A stretch of DNA of 43,698 nt from an uncultured Steroidobacteraceae bacterium (GCA_964657955.1 CAZZWZ010000001.1:1-43698), one strand, 5' to 3'. Shown: positions 16,763 to 26,684, counted from the stretch's first letter. Numbers and translations: made by a program. Notes: generated from the sequence alone by a model not told the origin.

Positions 16763-18049
16763 TCAGCGCTCGATGATCGCGGTGACACCGAGGCCGCCCG
16801 CCGCGCCGATGCAGATCAGGCCGCGCCGCGCCCGGTTCTCGTGCAGGACCTTCGCGAGGGTGGCTACGAGCCGGCTGCCGGTGGCGGCGAACGGGTGCCC
16901 GATCGCGATGCTGCCGCCCTTGACGTTGAGCCTGGCCCGGTCGACGGCGCCCAGCCGGGCCGGCGATCCGAGGTGCTCGCGGCAGAACGCCTCGTCGTTC
17001 CATGCCTCGAGGGTGCAGAGGACCTGGCCCGCGAACGCCTCGTGCATTTCGTAGTAATCGAAATCCTGCAGGGTGAGACGGGCATTCTGCAGCATCCGCG
17101 GCACCGCGAAGGCAGGCGCCATCAGCAGGTGTTCCCGCACCCCCGCGTGGTCGGCCGCCGCCGCCCGGGCACAGCGGAGGAATCCCAGCACCGGCAGGTC
17201 CCGCTCGCGAGCCCATGCCTCCGACGCCAGCAACACCGCCGCGGCGCCGTCGGTGAGGGGCGCGGAATTGCCCGCCGTCAGCGATCCGAGACCCGAGGAG
17301 TCATAGGCCGGCACCCATTTCGCCAGCTCATCGGCGCTCAGGTCGTCACGGATGTTGTCGTCCCGCTCGAGCCCGAGGTAGCCGCGCACCAGATCGCCGT
17401 AGAAACCCTCGGCGTACGCGGCGCTCGCCCGCCGATGGCTCTCGGCGGCCAGCGCGTCCTGTTCGGCTCGGCCGATGCCCCAGCGTTGCACCAGGAGTTC
17501 CGTGCTCTCGCCCATCGACAAGCCGGTGCGCGGCTCGGCGAGACCGGGAAGCACCGGCCGCAGATGGCTCATCCGCAACCCGAGCCACAGACGCGCCCGA
17601 CGGATGCCGCTCTTGGTGCGAAAACTCCTCAGCAACAGCTGTTGAAAGCTCCGCGGGAACATCACGGCCGGGTCGCTGACGGCATCGACGCCGCCCGCGA
17701 TGGCACAGTCGATCTGCCCCAGCGCGATCTTGTTGCCGAGCTGGACGACGGCCTCGAGGGAGGTGGCGCAGGTGCGTTGCACGTCGAAGGCCGGTGTGTC
17801 GGCGGCGAGTCCGGAGTCGAGCACCGCCTCGCGCGTGAGATTCCATTGGTTCGAATGCCTGCTCACCGCGCCGGCGGCCACGTCGTCCACGCGCTCACCC
17901 CGCAGGCCGAAGCGGTCGACGATGCCGCGCAGCGCTGCGGTCAGCAGCTCCTGATTTCCGACCTGCGCATAGGCGCCGTCGCCGCGGGCAAACGGCGTGC
18001 GCACGCCGCCCACGATGGCCACGGGCCGAGCGTTGGTTCCGATCAGCAT
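16763..18049 (-). CDS. Acetyl-CoA C-acyltransferase (thiolase family, FadI-like)
   Basis: VAIVGGVRTPFAR, the active-site region VQRTCATSLEA, and the C-terminal GGSIAIGHPFAATG and CIGAAGGLG. Confidence 0.9.
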   Translation of the reverse strand: MLIGTNARPVAIVGGVRTPFARGDGAYAQVGNQELLTAALRGIVDRFGLRGERVDDVAAGAVSRHSNQWNLTREAVLDSGLAADTPAFDVQRTCATSLEAVVQLGNKIALGQIDCAIAGGVDAVSDPAVMFPRSFQQLLLRSFRTKSGIRRARLWLGLRMSHLRPVLPGLAEPRTGLSMGESTELLVQRWGIGRAEQDALAAESHRRASAAYAEGFYGDLVRGYLGLERDDNIRDDLSADELAKWVPAYDSSGLGSLTAGNSAPLTDGAAAVLLASEAWARERDLPVLGFLRCARAAAADHAGVREHLLMAPAFAVPRMLQNARLTLQDFDYYEMHEAFAGQVLCTLEAWNDEAFCREHLGSPARLGAVDRARLNVKGGSIAIGHPFAATGSRLVATLAKVLHENRARRGLICIGAAGGLGVTAIIER

Positions 18050-18119
18050 GGCGTTACTCGTTCCCCCGGTGCGGACTGTTGGCGAATTATGAACCGACCC
18101 ACCGGCTTATAATCAGAAG

Positions 18120-19946
18120 ATGATTCGCCTCCCCTCGATCACGCTCGGCCTCGCCGCCGGTCTGCTTGCCTGCGGCGGACCGCCGGTGCCGTCCGCGCCG
18201 CAGACGGTCGCGCCGGCGGCGGCCAGGGAAGCGCGGGGCGCCGAGTCCCCACGTGACCTGCTGAGTTCGTTGGTGGACCGGTACTGGGACGAAAGCGGCG
18301 GCTTGAGTCCCTGGTATTCCTGGGGCGGCGCCGAACGGCGATTCGGCGAAACGCCCAGCGGCCTCATCGCCGCGCAATCCCTGGCCGACTCCCTCGCCAT
18401 GGAGCGGCGCTACCTCGCGGCGTTGCTCGCCATTTCCCGCGGCGGCCTGGATGCGGAGTCGAAGCTGACCTACGACATCTTCCGGCGCGACCGAGAACTC
18501 GCCATCGAGGGCTTCACCTTCCCGAGCGAGCTGCTGCCGGTCAACGCCTACGACAGCGTGCCGCAACGGTTTGCGCAGATGGCGACCGCGGCCGAGCCCT
18601 TCGCATGGACCGGCGAGCGCGATTTCGACAACTGGCGGGTGCGGGCGCTGAGCTTCGAGCGCTGGACCAACCAGGCCATCATGAATCTGCGGGAGGGCCT
18701 GCGGCGCGGTTACACGGTGCCGCTCGCCGCGGTGGAACGGACCCTGCCGCTGCTCGCCGCCCTGGGCGAGGACTCGCCCGGCAACGCGTTCTACCGGCCG
18801 TTGAACGGCGGGGAGGGCGCCTCGACATCGGACCGCGCGCGCTGGAGCGCGTCCATCGCGACGGTGGTCAAGGGCCGGGTGTTGCCGGCGTACCGGTTGC
18901 TCCACGATTTCCTGCAGCGCGAGTACCTGCCCCGTGCACGGGTGACCGTCGGGTTGTCGTCCCTGCCGCTCGGCGCGTCGTGGTACGGTTTCCTCGTCAA
19001 GCGAGCCACCGATGGCACGCAGACTCCGGCCGACCTGCACGCGCTGGGTTTGGCCGAGGTGTCGCGACTGCACGGGCGGATCCAGACCCTGTTGTCCGAA
19101 ACTTCGTTCGCCGGCAACCCCCAGGGCTTCCTCGACGACATGCGCCGCGATCCGCGCTTCTCCTACCGCAGTCCCCAGGAGCTGTTGGCCGCCTACCAGG
19201 AGTTGAAGACCCAGGTCGCAGCCGCCGCACCTTCCTCGTTCCCGATCGCGCCGCGGGCCGACGTGGAAATCCGGGCGGTCGAGCCCTTCCGTCAGGCCAC
19301 GACTCCCGCCCTGTCCTATCGACCCGCCATGGCATCGGGTCGGGTGCCGGCGGTGCTCTACGTCAATACGGCGGGGCTCGACGCGCGTCCCGCGATCGCG
19401 GTGTCGTCGCGATTCCTGCGCGAAGCGCTGCCCGGACACCACCTTCAGCTGGCGCTGCAACGGGAGCGCACCGATCTGCCGCGTTTTCGTCGTTTCGGCG
19501 GCGCCCCCGCATTGATCGAAGGCTGGGGACTGTATGCGGCGTCGCTCGGCGATGAGATGGGTGTTTATCGTGATCCGCAGGCGAAATTCGGCGCACTGCT
19601 GGCCCAGCTCGAATGCGCCGCGGGACTGGTCGTGGACACCGGGATCCATGCGCAGCAATGGACCCGCGGGCAGGCGCTCGATTACCTGCACGCTCAGACG
19701 CCGCTCGATGAGGTTGCGGCGACGAGCCTCGTGGATCGCGACATCGCGCTTCCGGGCGAAGCGCTGGCGTGCACCGTCGGTTACTTGAAGATCCAGTCCT
19801 GGCGCGCCCAGGCGCAGCAGCGAATGGGCTCCCGGTTCGACGTACGGGCGTTTCACGCCGAGATGCTGAGGAACGGCGCAGCCCCGCTGGATCTGCTCGA
19901 TGCAACGCTCAAGCGGTGGATGGACGCACCGGCCGGTTCCGAATGA
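18120..19946 (+). CDS. DUF885 family lipoprotein (putative metallopeptidase-like)
   Basis: Lipobox LLAC, and EALPGHHLQLALQRE, typical of DUF885. Confidence 0.8.
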   Translation: MIRLPSITLGLAAGLLACGGPPVPSAPQTVAPAAAREARGAESPRDLLSSLVDRYWDESGGLSPWYSWGGAERRFGETPSGLIAAQSLADSLAMERRYLAALLAISRGGLDAESKLTYDIFRRDRELAIEGFTFPSELLPVNAYDSVPQRFAQMATAAEPFAWTGERDFDNWRVRALSFERWTNQAIMNLREGLRRGYTVPLAAVERTLPLLAALGEDSPGNAFYRPLNGGEGASTSDRARWSASIATVVKGRVLPAYRLLHDFLQREYLPRARVTVGLSSLPLGASWYGFLVKRATDGTQTPADLHALGLAEVSRLHGRIQTLLSETSFAGNPQGFLDDMRRDPRFSYRSPQELLAAYQELKTQVAAAAPSSFPIAPRADVEIRAVEPFRQATTPALSYRPAMASGRVPAVLYVNTAGLDARPAIAVSSRFLREALPGHHLQLALQRERTDLPRFRRFGGAPALIEGWGLYAASLGDEMGVYRDPQAKFGALLAQLECAAGLVVDTGIHAQQWTRGQALDYLHAQTPLDEVAATSLVDRDIALPGEALACTVGYLKIQSWRAQAQQRMGSRFDVRAFHAEMLRNGAAPLDLLDATLKRWMDAPAGSE

Positions 19947-20572
19947 CCGGCCGCCCCGCGGGGAATTTCAGGTCACACTGTCGCGTGCGCCGACTACTCC
20001 CGATCGCGGTCTGTTTTTGGTCGATGGTCGCGGCTGATGGCGCGGAACGATCGCCGGAAGCGGCGGCGCCGGAATCCGGATCGTCGAACGGCGTCCAGCT
20101 CAGCGTGGTGCTCGACGCCGGCGAGCAGAGCGGCAGCGCCGATGCGAACGTGCGCATTCACGCGTCCCGGGACATCGTCTGGTCGCTGATCACGAGCTGC
20201 CCGGAGGCGCTCATCCTGGTGCCCGGTCTGGTGGGATGCGACGTGCTGCAAACCGCCGCCGACGGGTCCTGGCAGAGGATACGGCACGTCGTGGACTACT
20301 CCTGGTACGTGCCCAGGCTGACCTACGAGATCCGTGCGGTCTACGACAAGCCGTCGCGCGTGACGATGGAGCGCACCGCCGGCGATCTGAAGACCTTGCA
20401 GGTTTCGTGGAGTCTGCGCCCCGACGGCGGTGATACCATCGCCCGGTATGAAATCGAACTCGTTCCCGGATTCTGGGTGCCGCGGTTCCTGGTTCGCCTG
20501 GCCTTGCGTCGCGATCTGCCGAAGATGCTGATCGCGCTGCGAACCCGGGCCGAAGCCATGGAGCACCCGTAG
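19943..20572 (+). CDS. SRPBCC (START/polyketide cyclase-like) family protein with an N-terminal signal-like segment
   Basis: ATG 19943 overlaps the DUF885 stop (ATGA). There is a hydrophobic N-terminus (LLPIAVCFWSMVAADG). IHASRDIVWSLITSCPE...WSLRPDGGDTIARYEIELVPGFWVPRFL is SRPBCC-like. Confidence 0.65.
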   Translation: MTGRPAGNFRSHCRVRRLLPIAVCFWSMVAADGAERSPEAAAPESGSSNGVQLSVVLDAGEQSGSADANVRIHASRDIVWSLITSCPEALILVPGLVGCDVLQTAADGSWQRIRHVVDYSWYVPRLTYEIRAVYDKPSRVTMERTAGDLKTLQVSWSLRPDGGDTIARYEIELVPGFWVPRFLVRLALRRDLPKMLIALRTRAEAMEHP

Positions 20573-20580
20573 ACGTCGGG

Positions 20581-21081
20581 GTGCGGATGTACGATACCGT
20601 ACGACCGGCCGTCTTCGCGATCCTGCTGGGCGCGGCGGCGCTCATGGGCCCCGTGGGATGCACCCGCGAGAAGGAGCCGGAAGCGCCGCTCCCCCGCATC
20701 AAGCAGGTGTTTCACCTCAACGCCTACGAAAAAGACTTCGGCTTTTCGCAGGCCGTGCTCATCGACAAGACGCTGTACATCTCCGGTTCCGTCGCCGCCG
20801 ACGAGGCCGGACGCCTGATCGCTCCGGGCGACATGGCGGGCCAGATGCGCGCCGCCTATGCGAACATCCGCCGCACCCTGGCCGCGCACGGAGCCGACTT
20901 CGACGAGGTGGTGAAGGAGACCATCTATACGACGAACATGGATGCGATGCTGAAGGCTTCCGATCTGCGTTTCGAGTTCTATCAGAAGGAGTTGTTGCCG
21001 ACCACCTCCTGGGTGCAGGTGCAGCGGCTGACGGACCCGGGATTTCTGGTCGAAATCGAAGTGGTCGCCGAGCTGCCGTGA
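20581..21081 (+). CDS. RidA/YjgF family protein with an N-terminal signal peptide and possible lipobox
   Basis: AVFAILLGAAALMGPVGC is followed by a RidA core (LYISGSVA...MRAAYANIRRTLAAHGADFDEVVKETIYT...VEIEVVA). Confidence 0.8.
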   Translation: MRMYDTVRPAVFAILLGAAALMGPVGCTREKEPEAPLPRIKQVFHLNAYEKDFGFSQAVLIDKTLYISGSVAADEAGRLIAPGDMAGQMRAAYANIRRTLAAHGADFDEVVKETIYTTNMDAMLKASDLRFEFYQKELLPTTSWVQVQRLTDPGFLVEIEVVAELP

Positions 21082-21164
21082 GAGGGGGGCGCCCGCCCGC
21101 GGCACGGCAACTTCAAGTATTCTAGCCGACTGGCGCCGATTCGCGTCTGCGAGGGGTCCGGGTA

Positions 21165-22745
21165 TTGCGTAACGTCGTCGACAGGAACTTCGAGCGCCGG
21201 CTGGCCGGGCTCATCAACTCCGGGGAGCGCGGAGTATTGCGCGGCGGCCGCAAGGGGGTCGAGCGCGAGTCGCTGCGCGTGACGCCCGCCGGCGAGATCG
21301 CGCGGACGCCGCACCCGCACGACCTGGGCGCGCCGCTGACCAACGAACACATCACCACCGATTTCTCCGAATCGCTGATCGAGCTGGTGACGCCGCCGTT
21401 CGGCGAGACCTGGGAGCTGCTGCAGTATCTTTGCGACATCCACCAGTTCGTCTACCGTCATCTGGACGACGAATTGTTGTGGTCCACCAGCATGCCCGCC
21501 GCGGTCGAGAGCGACGCCAGCATTCCCCTGGCGCAGTTCGGCACGTCGAACATCGGACGCATGAAAACGATCTATCGCCACGGGCTGGGGGTGCGCTACG
21601 GGCGCATCATGCAGGCGATCTCCGGCGTGCATTACAACTATTCGTTCCCGGCCGCCCTGTGGGAGGTGCTGGGTCACATCAACCAGTCGACCGCGGCGCG
21701 CCAGGAATTCGTCTCGGAGCAGTATTTCTCCCTGCTGCGCAATTACCGGCGGTATGGCTGGCTGATCCTGTACCTGTTCGGCACGTCGCCCGCCGTGTGC
21801 AGGAGTTTCTTCGCCGGACGCAGCACCGATCTGCCCTCACTGGACCGCGACACGGTGTACGAACCCTACGGCACCTCGCTGCGCATGAGCGACGTGGGCT
21901 ATCGCAACAAGAATCAGGCCACCGTGAGCGTCTCGGTGAACAGCCTGGACGAATACGTTCGCGACCTGTCCCGGGCCATCAGCACGCCGTACCCGCCGTA
22001 TCAGCAGATGGGCGTCAAGGTCGACGGCATCTATCGGCAGCTGAACGCCAACGTGTTGCAGATCGAGAACGAGTACTACAGCAACATCCGGCCGAAGCGC
22101 ATCGCCCGGACGGGCGAGCGGCCCACCAAGGCGCTGCATCGGGCGGGGGTCGAGTACGTCGAGGTCAGGGCCCTGGACGTGAGTGCCTTCGACCCGGTGG
22201 GGGTCAATCAGAACAAGCTGCGTTTTCTCGAGGCGTTCCTCGCCTTGTGCGTGCTCCGCGACAGCGAGCCCATTCACCGGCACGAGCAGGAAGCGCTGGA
22301 TGCCAACCATTTGAAGGTGGCCCGCCGCGGCCGCGAACCCGGCCTGACGTTGAACCGCGAGGGCCGCAGCTACCCCATGGCCGATTGGGCGCGTGAGCTG
22401 CTCGACGCCATGGAGGGGTTGTGCGAACTGCTGGATCACGGCGAGCCGGGGCGTCCCTATCGAGCCGCGCTGGAACAGCAGCGCGCCAAACTCGACGACG
22501 TGGCGCTCACGCCGTCGGCGCGCCTGCTTCATGAAATGCGGCAGACCGGGGAGTCCTTCTTCGTGCTCGCGCAGCGCATGTCCAAGCTGCACAAGGATTA
22601 TTTTTTGGACCTGTATCCACCGAACGAGAACCGCCTGGCCGAGTTCGCCTCCGAAGCCCAGGAATCGCACGAGGCCCAGGCGCGCATCGAAGCGGCCGAC
22701 CGCGTCGACCTGGATACGTACCTCGCTCATTACCTCGCCGATTGA
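21165..22745 (+). CDS. gshA: Glutamate-cysteine ligase (E. coli type)
   Basis: GVERESLRV, TDFSESLIELVTPP, ISGVHYNYSFP and YVEVRALD. TTG start. Confidence 0.95.
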   Translation: MRNVVDRNFERRLAGLINSGERGVLRGGRKGVERESLRVTPAGEIARTPHPHDLGAPLTNEHITTDFSESLIELVTPPFGETWELLQYLCDIHQFVYRHLDDELLWSTSMPAAVESDASIPLAQFGTSNIGRMKTIYRHGLGVRYGRIMQAISGVHYNYSFPAALWEVLGHINQSTAARQEFVSEQYFSLLRNYRRYGWLILYLFGTSPAVCRSFFAGRSTDLPSLDRDTVYEPYGTSLRMSDVGYRNKNQATVSVSVNSLDEYVRDLSRAISTPYPPYQQMGVKVDGIYRQLNANVLQIENEYYSNIRPKRIARTGERPTKALHRAGVEYVEVRALDVSAFDPVGVNQNKLRFLEAFLALCVLRDSEPIHRHEQEALDANHLKVARRGREPGLTLNREGRSYPMADWARELLDAMEGLCELLDHGEPGRPYRAALEQQRAKLDDVALTPSARLLHEMRQTGESFFVLAQRMSKLHKDYFLDLYPPNENRLAEFASEAQESHEAQARIEAADRVDLDTYLAHYLAD

Positions 22746-22954
22746 GCGCCGAAGCGCCGGCGCGGCGCGGTGCCCGCCCGGTGCTGCGCGTTTCGCGCCG
22801 CTCTGCACTGCGCCGTCCGCCTACCGCGCCGCCGTTTGACATAAGCGGCACCGCCGACGGACGGCCCGGCTGTCCGCGGCTGGATCACGTTTTATTCGCC
22901 CATGCTGTGCCGTACGTCGTTGAGGACTTCCCGTACCCTGGGTAAGGTATCGCG

Positions 22955-24205
22955 ATGTTTGTCGCCCGAGTCATCGACGACCTGCCGGACCTGCCGCATT
23001 CGCGCCAGCTGACAGCGGGCTTTCGGTGGCTGAGATTCGAGCCGGGGCTGGAGGACGAGTTTCGGCGGACGAATCTCGACGAAAACCTGCAGCACATCCG
23101 CGTCAACCTGAGCCTCGCCGTCGTCATCATCCTGGCGTTCACGGCGGCCGAGACGCTGTTCCTCGGGCCGGAACGCAACCGCATTCCGAGCATGCTGCAC
23201 ATCCTGGTGATGGTGCCGATTCTGCTGCTGTGTCTCGGGTCCACGTTCTCGCCGCTGCGCCATCGTTTCCATTCGCTGCTGGCGCCGCTGGCAGGGGCGG
23301 CGCTCGGCCTCAGCATGCTGGCGGTGGAACTCGTGGCGGCGGGCGGCGTGGCGGGCGGGCCGGTGGAAGGCGCCCCGACGCTGTTCCCCTGTTTGCTGCT
23401 CACGACCATGTTCATCTTCTTCATGGGCGGCCTGTTGTTCTACGAATCGCTGGCCGCCAACCTGCTGGTGACCCTCGCGTTTGTGGGCGCCGGCACCTTA
23501 CTGCAACCGGGGGGGCGGGATTTCCTCTATCACGCCATGTGCCTGATGGCGGCGGATCTGTTCGGCGCCTCGGTCATGTACATGCACGAACGCACGAGCC
23601 GGCTGAGGTTCCTCGAGGCCGAACTGCTCCGTGAGCTGGTGGCGCGCGACGGTCTGACCGGGATTCAAAACCGCCGCATGTTCGACCAGCACATCCGGCG
23701 GGTCTGGCAGCAGGCCGTGCGTGGGACCCAACAAATCGCCGTCCTGCTCATCGACGTGGATTGTTTCAAGGCCTTCAACGACCGCTACGGACATCAGGCG
23801 GGCGACGAATGCCTGCGCGCGGTGGCCGTCTCGTTGAGCCAGTGCGCCCGGCGGCCGCTGGATTTCGTGGCCCGCTACGGCGGCGAAGAGTTCGCGATGG
23901 TGCTGTACGACGCCGGCCGCGACTACCTGACCGAGGTGCTCACCCGCATCCAACGTTCGATCGCCGAGCTCAACATCGCGCACGATGCGTCGGCGGTGGC
24001 CTGCCGGGTCACCGTGAGCATCGGCGCGGCGGTCGTGCTGCCGCTGGAAGGCCGCACCTGCGAGGGATTGATCCAGCTGGCCGACGAGGCGCTGTACTGC
24101 GCCAAGGAGCAGGGACGCAACCGGGTGGTCGTGATGGAATCCGAGTACGAGACATTGCGCACCGGCCGCTTCGAAAAGCGGCCGGGTCAGCGCAAGGCGG
24201 GCTGA
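22955..24205 (+). CDS. Membrane-associated diguanylate cyclase (GGDEF domain)
   Basis: The N-terminal half is hydrophobic. DGLTGIQNRR and the active site RYGGEEF are present, with an RxxD I-site (RPLD) five residues upstream. Confidence 0.9.
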   Translation: MFVARVIDDLPDLPHSRQLTAGFRWLRFEPGLEDEFRRTNLDENLQHIRVNLSLAVVIILAFTAAETLFLGPERNRIPSMLHILVMVPILLLCLGSTFSPLRHRFHSLLAPLAGAALGLSMLAVELVAAGGVAGGPVEGAPTLFPCLLLTTMFIFFMGGLLFYESLAANLLVTLAFVGAGTLLQPGGRDFLYHAMCLMAADLFGASVMYMHERTSRLRFLEAELLRELVARDGLTGIQNRRMFDQHIRRVWQQAVRGTQQIAVLLIDVDCFKAFNDRYGHQAGDECLRAVAVSLSQCARRPLDFVARYGGEEFAMVLYDAGRDYLTEVLTRIQRSIAELNIAHDASAVACRVTVSIGAAVVLPLEGRTCEGLIQLADEALYCAKEQGRNRVVVMESEYETLRTGRFEKRPGQRKAG

Positions 24206-24235
24206 GCGGCGGCGGCTGCGCGACGCGCGGCCCGA

Positions 24236-25156
24236 CTACGGATCCGGCCGGTAGATGGCGATTCGCGCGACGTCGCCCTCCTTGCGGCTGGCGCGAAACA
24301 TGCCCTCGGAGTTGAAATCCATGGCGATCTCGCCGCGCGCATCGATGGCGATGACGCCGCCTTCGCCGGCCAGGGCGGTCAATTCCTGATGGACCACTTC
24401 GCGGACGGCCGTGGTCAGATCGCGGCCGCCGTAGCGCAGGCGGGCGGCGATGTCGTGCGCCACGGCCGCGCGGATGAACATCTCACCGTGTCCCGTCGCC
24501 GATACGGCGCAGGATCTGTCGGCATAGGTGCCGGCGCCGATGACGGGCGAATCGCCGATGCGGCCGAAACGCTTGCCCGTCATGCCGCCCGTCGAGGTCG
24601 CGGCGGCGAGGTGGCCGCTTCGATCCAGCGCCACGGCCCCCACCGTGCCCACGTGTGAAATGGTCAGTGCCGAGAGGCCTTCGTCGCCGCTGCGGATGCG
24701 TTCGAGTTGTTGCCAGCGCGCCTCGGTGAAGAAGTAGCTCTGCGGTACGAATTCGAAACCCTGGGTCGCGGCGAACGCTTCCGCCCCCGCACCGCTCAAA
24801 AACACGTAATCCGAATGGTCCATGACGGCACGCGCGAGTGCGATCGGATTCCGGATGCGGGTCAGGCCGCAGACCGCGCCGGCTTGCCGGGTGCTCCCGT
24901 CCATGATCGACGCGTCGAGTTCGTGGCCGCCGTCGAGCGTGAACACGGCGCCCCGCCCGGCGTTGAAGAGCGGGTTGTCTTCCAGCCGCAGCACCGTCGT
25001 CGTGACCGCATCCAGGCTCGTCCCGCCGCCCGCCAGCAGATCGTAGCCGGCGCCGAGCGCCTCCTCGAGGCCCGCGCGGTAGCGCATTTCCTGGTCCGCG
25101 CTCATGTCGGCCCGCGGCAGGCTGCCGGCACCGCCGTGCAGGGCTAGCCCGAACAT
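24236..25156 (-). CDS. iaaA: Isoaspartyl peptidase / L-asparaginase (Ntn hydrolase)
   Basis: LHGGAG, NPLFNAGRGAVFT, the autoprocessing site HVGTVGAVALD, and TSTGGMTGKRFGRIGDSP. I chose ATG 25156. The longer track ORF runs into the ferredoxin gene. Confidence 0.9.
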   Translation of the reverse strand: MFGLALHGGAGSLPRADMSADQEMRYRAGLEEALGAGYDLLAGGGTSLDAVTTTVLRLEDNPLFNAGRGAVFTLDGGHELDASIMDGSTRQAGAVCGLTRIRNPIALARAVMDHSDYVFLSGAGAEAFAATQGFEFVPQSYFFTEARWQQLERIRSGDEGLSALTISHVGTVGAVALDRSGHLAAATSTGGMTGKRFGRIGDSPVIGAGTYADRSCAVSATGHGEMFIRAAVAHDIAARLRYGGRDLTTAVREVVHQELTALAGEGGVIAIDARGEIAMDFNSEGMFRASRKEGDVARIAIYRPDP

Positions 25157-25473
25157 TGGCGTTCCGGCACTGCGACCGTCAGTCCGTCGAGAGCCTGCGT
25201 GAGCTGCACCTGGCAGCTCAACCGGCTGCCGGCGCGCGGCTCCCAGGCCGATTCCAGCATGCCCTGCTCCATGTCCTCGGGCGGCTCGAGCCGGGCCAGC
25301 CAGGCCGCGTCCACGTACACATGGCAGGTGGCACAGGCGCAGGCCCCGCCGCACTGGGCAACCACACCGGGCACCCGATTGAGGCGCGCGGCCTCCATCA
25401 GGGTGATGCCGGCGGCCGCCTCGACGGTGCGCACCGCGCCGTCCGGTTGCACGAACACGATTTTTGGCATCAA
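25144..25473 (-). CDS. [2Fe-2S] ferredoxin, adrenodoxin/putidaredoxin type
   Basis: Cys ligands CGGACACATCHV...SRLSCQV; about 109 aa. Both ends overlap the neighbouring genes. Confidence 0.9.
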   Translation of the reverse strand: MMPKIVFVQPDGAVRTVEAAAGITLMEAARLNRVPGVVAQCGGACACATCHVYVDAAWLARLEPPEDMEQGMLESAWEPRAGSRLSCQVQLTQALDGLTVAVPERQCSG

Positions 25474-26684
25474 AAGGCCTCTTTCAGCGCGGTTTGTCCG
25501 TCCGCCAGTTTGTCGATGTCGGGGCGCACGCGCTCGCCGATGAGCTTGCGTGCGGCCATGTAGTCCTTGGCATGATTGACGGCCTCGAGCGCCAGCAACT
25601 CGCCACCCCGCAGATAGCAGACGGAGAAACTGCGGGTGGCGGGATCGCCGCGCGTGACCTGCTGATCGTGACCCTGCGACAACCCGACGATGAGCAGCTT
25701 ATTGTCAAACTGATCGGACCAGAACCACGGCACGCGGTCGTGGGCGGTGGGCCGTTCCAGCATGTTCAGAGACGCAGCCTTGGCCTGCTCGAAGGCATTG
25801 TCCACCGATTCCAGACGCACCCGCATCTCGAAGCGCGGCGAGGGATGGTTGGTGCAATCGCCGGCCGCGTAAATCGCGGCATCGCTGGTGCGGCAGTATT
25901 CGTCGACGACGATGCCGTTGTCGCATTTCAGCCCCGCCTCGGCCGCCAGCTGCGTGTTCGCCACCGCTCCCACCCCCACCAGCAACAGGTCGGCCGCATA
26001 GGTGGTGCCGTCGGCGCACACGACGCGCTCCACCCTCGACGATCCTTCGAGCCGCACCACCCGCGTGTTGCAGACGACGTGCACGCCGTGGGTGCGGTGC
26101 TCGTGGGCGAAATAATCCGACACGCTAGACGCCACCACCCGGTTCATGAGCCGGTCGGCCATTTCCAGCACGGTCACCTGGCAGCCCATCTTTCGGGCGG
26201 TAGCCGCGGTCTCCAGGCCGATGTAGCCGCCGCCGATGATGAGGACGCGGGCACCCGGTTTCAGCGCCGCCTGGATGAGCGGGACGTCGCCGATGCTGCG
26301 AAGATAATGCACGCCGTCGAGTTCGGCGCCCGGGCAGGTGAGCCGCCGGGCGATGGCGCCCAGGCACAGCAGCAGCCGGTCGTAGGCGACGGACTGCCCA
26401 TCCGCCAGGGTCACCCGCCGGGCGGTGGCATCGAGCCGCGTGGCCCGCACCCCCAGATGCAGCTCCACGCGATGCTCGTCGTAGAAGGCCTGATGCCGGA
26501 ACAGCAGACGCTCGGCCGGCATCTCGCCGGCGAGGAACTTCTTCGACAGCGGCGGGCGCTGGTAGGGCAGTTGAGATTCCTCGCCGATCAACACCAGCCG
26601 GCCCTCGAATCCCTCGCGGCGCAGCGTGTCGATGGCCTGAGCGCCCGCCTGGCCGCCGCCTACGATGAGAATGGTCGAAGTCAT
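25470..26684 (-). CDS. FAD-dependent ferredoxin-NAD(P)+ reductase (putidaredoxin reductase-like)
   Basis: ILIVGGGQAGAQA, LPYQRPPLSK, and a second fold VLIIGGGYIGLETAA. Confidence 0.9.
   Translation of the reverse strand: MTSTILIVGGGQAGAQAIDTLRREGFEGRLVLIGEESQLPYQRPPLSKKFLAGEMPAERLLFRHQAFYDEHRVELHLGVRATRLDATARRVTLADGQSVAYDRLLLCLGAIARRLTCPGAELDGVHYLRSIGDVPLIQAALKPGARVLIIGGGYIGLETAATARKMGCQVTVLEMADRLMNRVVASSVSDYFAHEHRTHGVHVVCNTRVVRLEGSSRVERVVCADGTTYAADLLLVGVGAVANTQLAAEAGLKCDNGIVVDEYCRTSDAAIYAAGDCTNHPSPRFEMRVRLESVDNAFEQAKAASLNMLERPTAHDRVPWFWSDQFDNKLLIVGLSQGHDQQVTRGDPATRSFSVCYLRGGELLALEAVNHAKDYMAARKLIGERVRPDIDKLADGQTALKEAF

Noticed and set aside
15288-17216. 5' over-extended track ORFs: gabD to 17216, iaaA to 25354, yceI to 13414, gloA to 32241, DUF2252 from 27606, dctA from 32488, RidA from 1557, cysB from 36471, Rieske-1 to 6583, SRPBCC from 19769.
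   Set aside because: The N-terminal extensions are compositionally aberrant and overlap neighbouring genes. They also precede internal starts that reproduce the canonical N-termini of the families. I trimmed these to the internal start codons.
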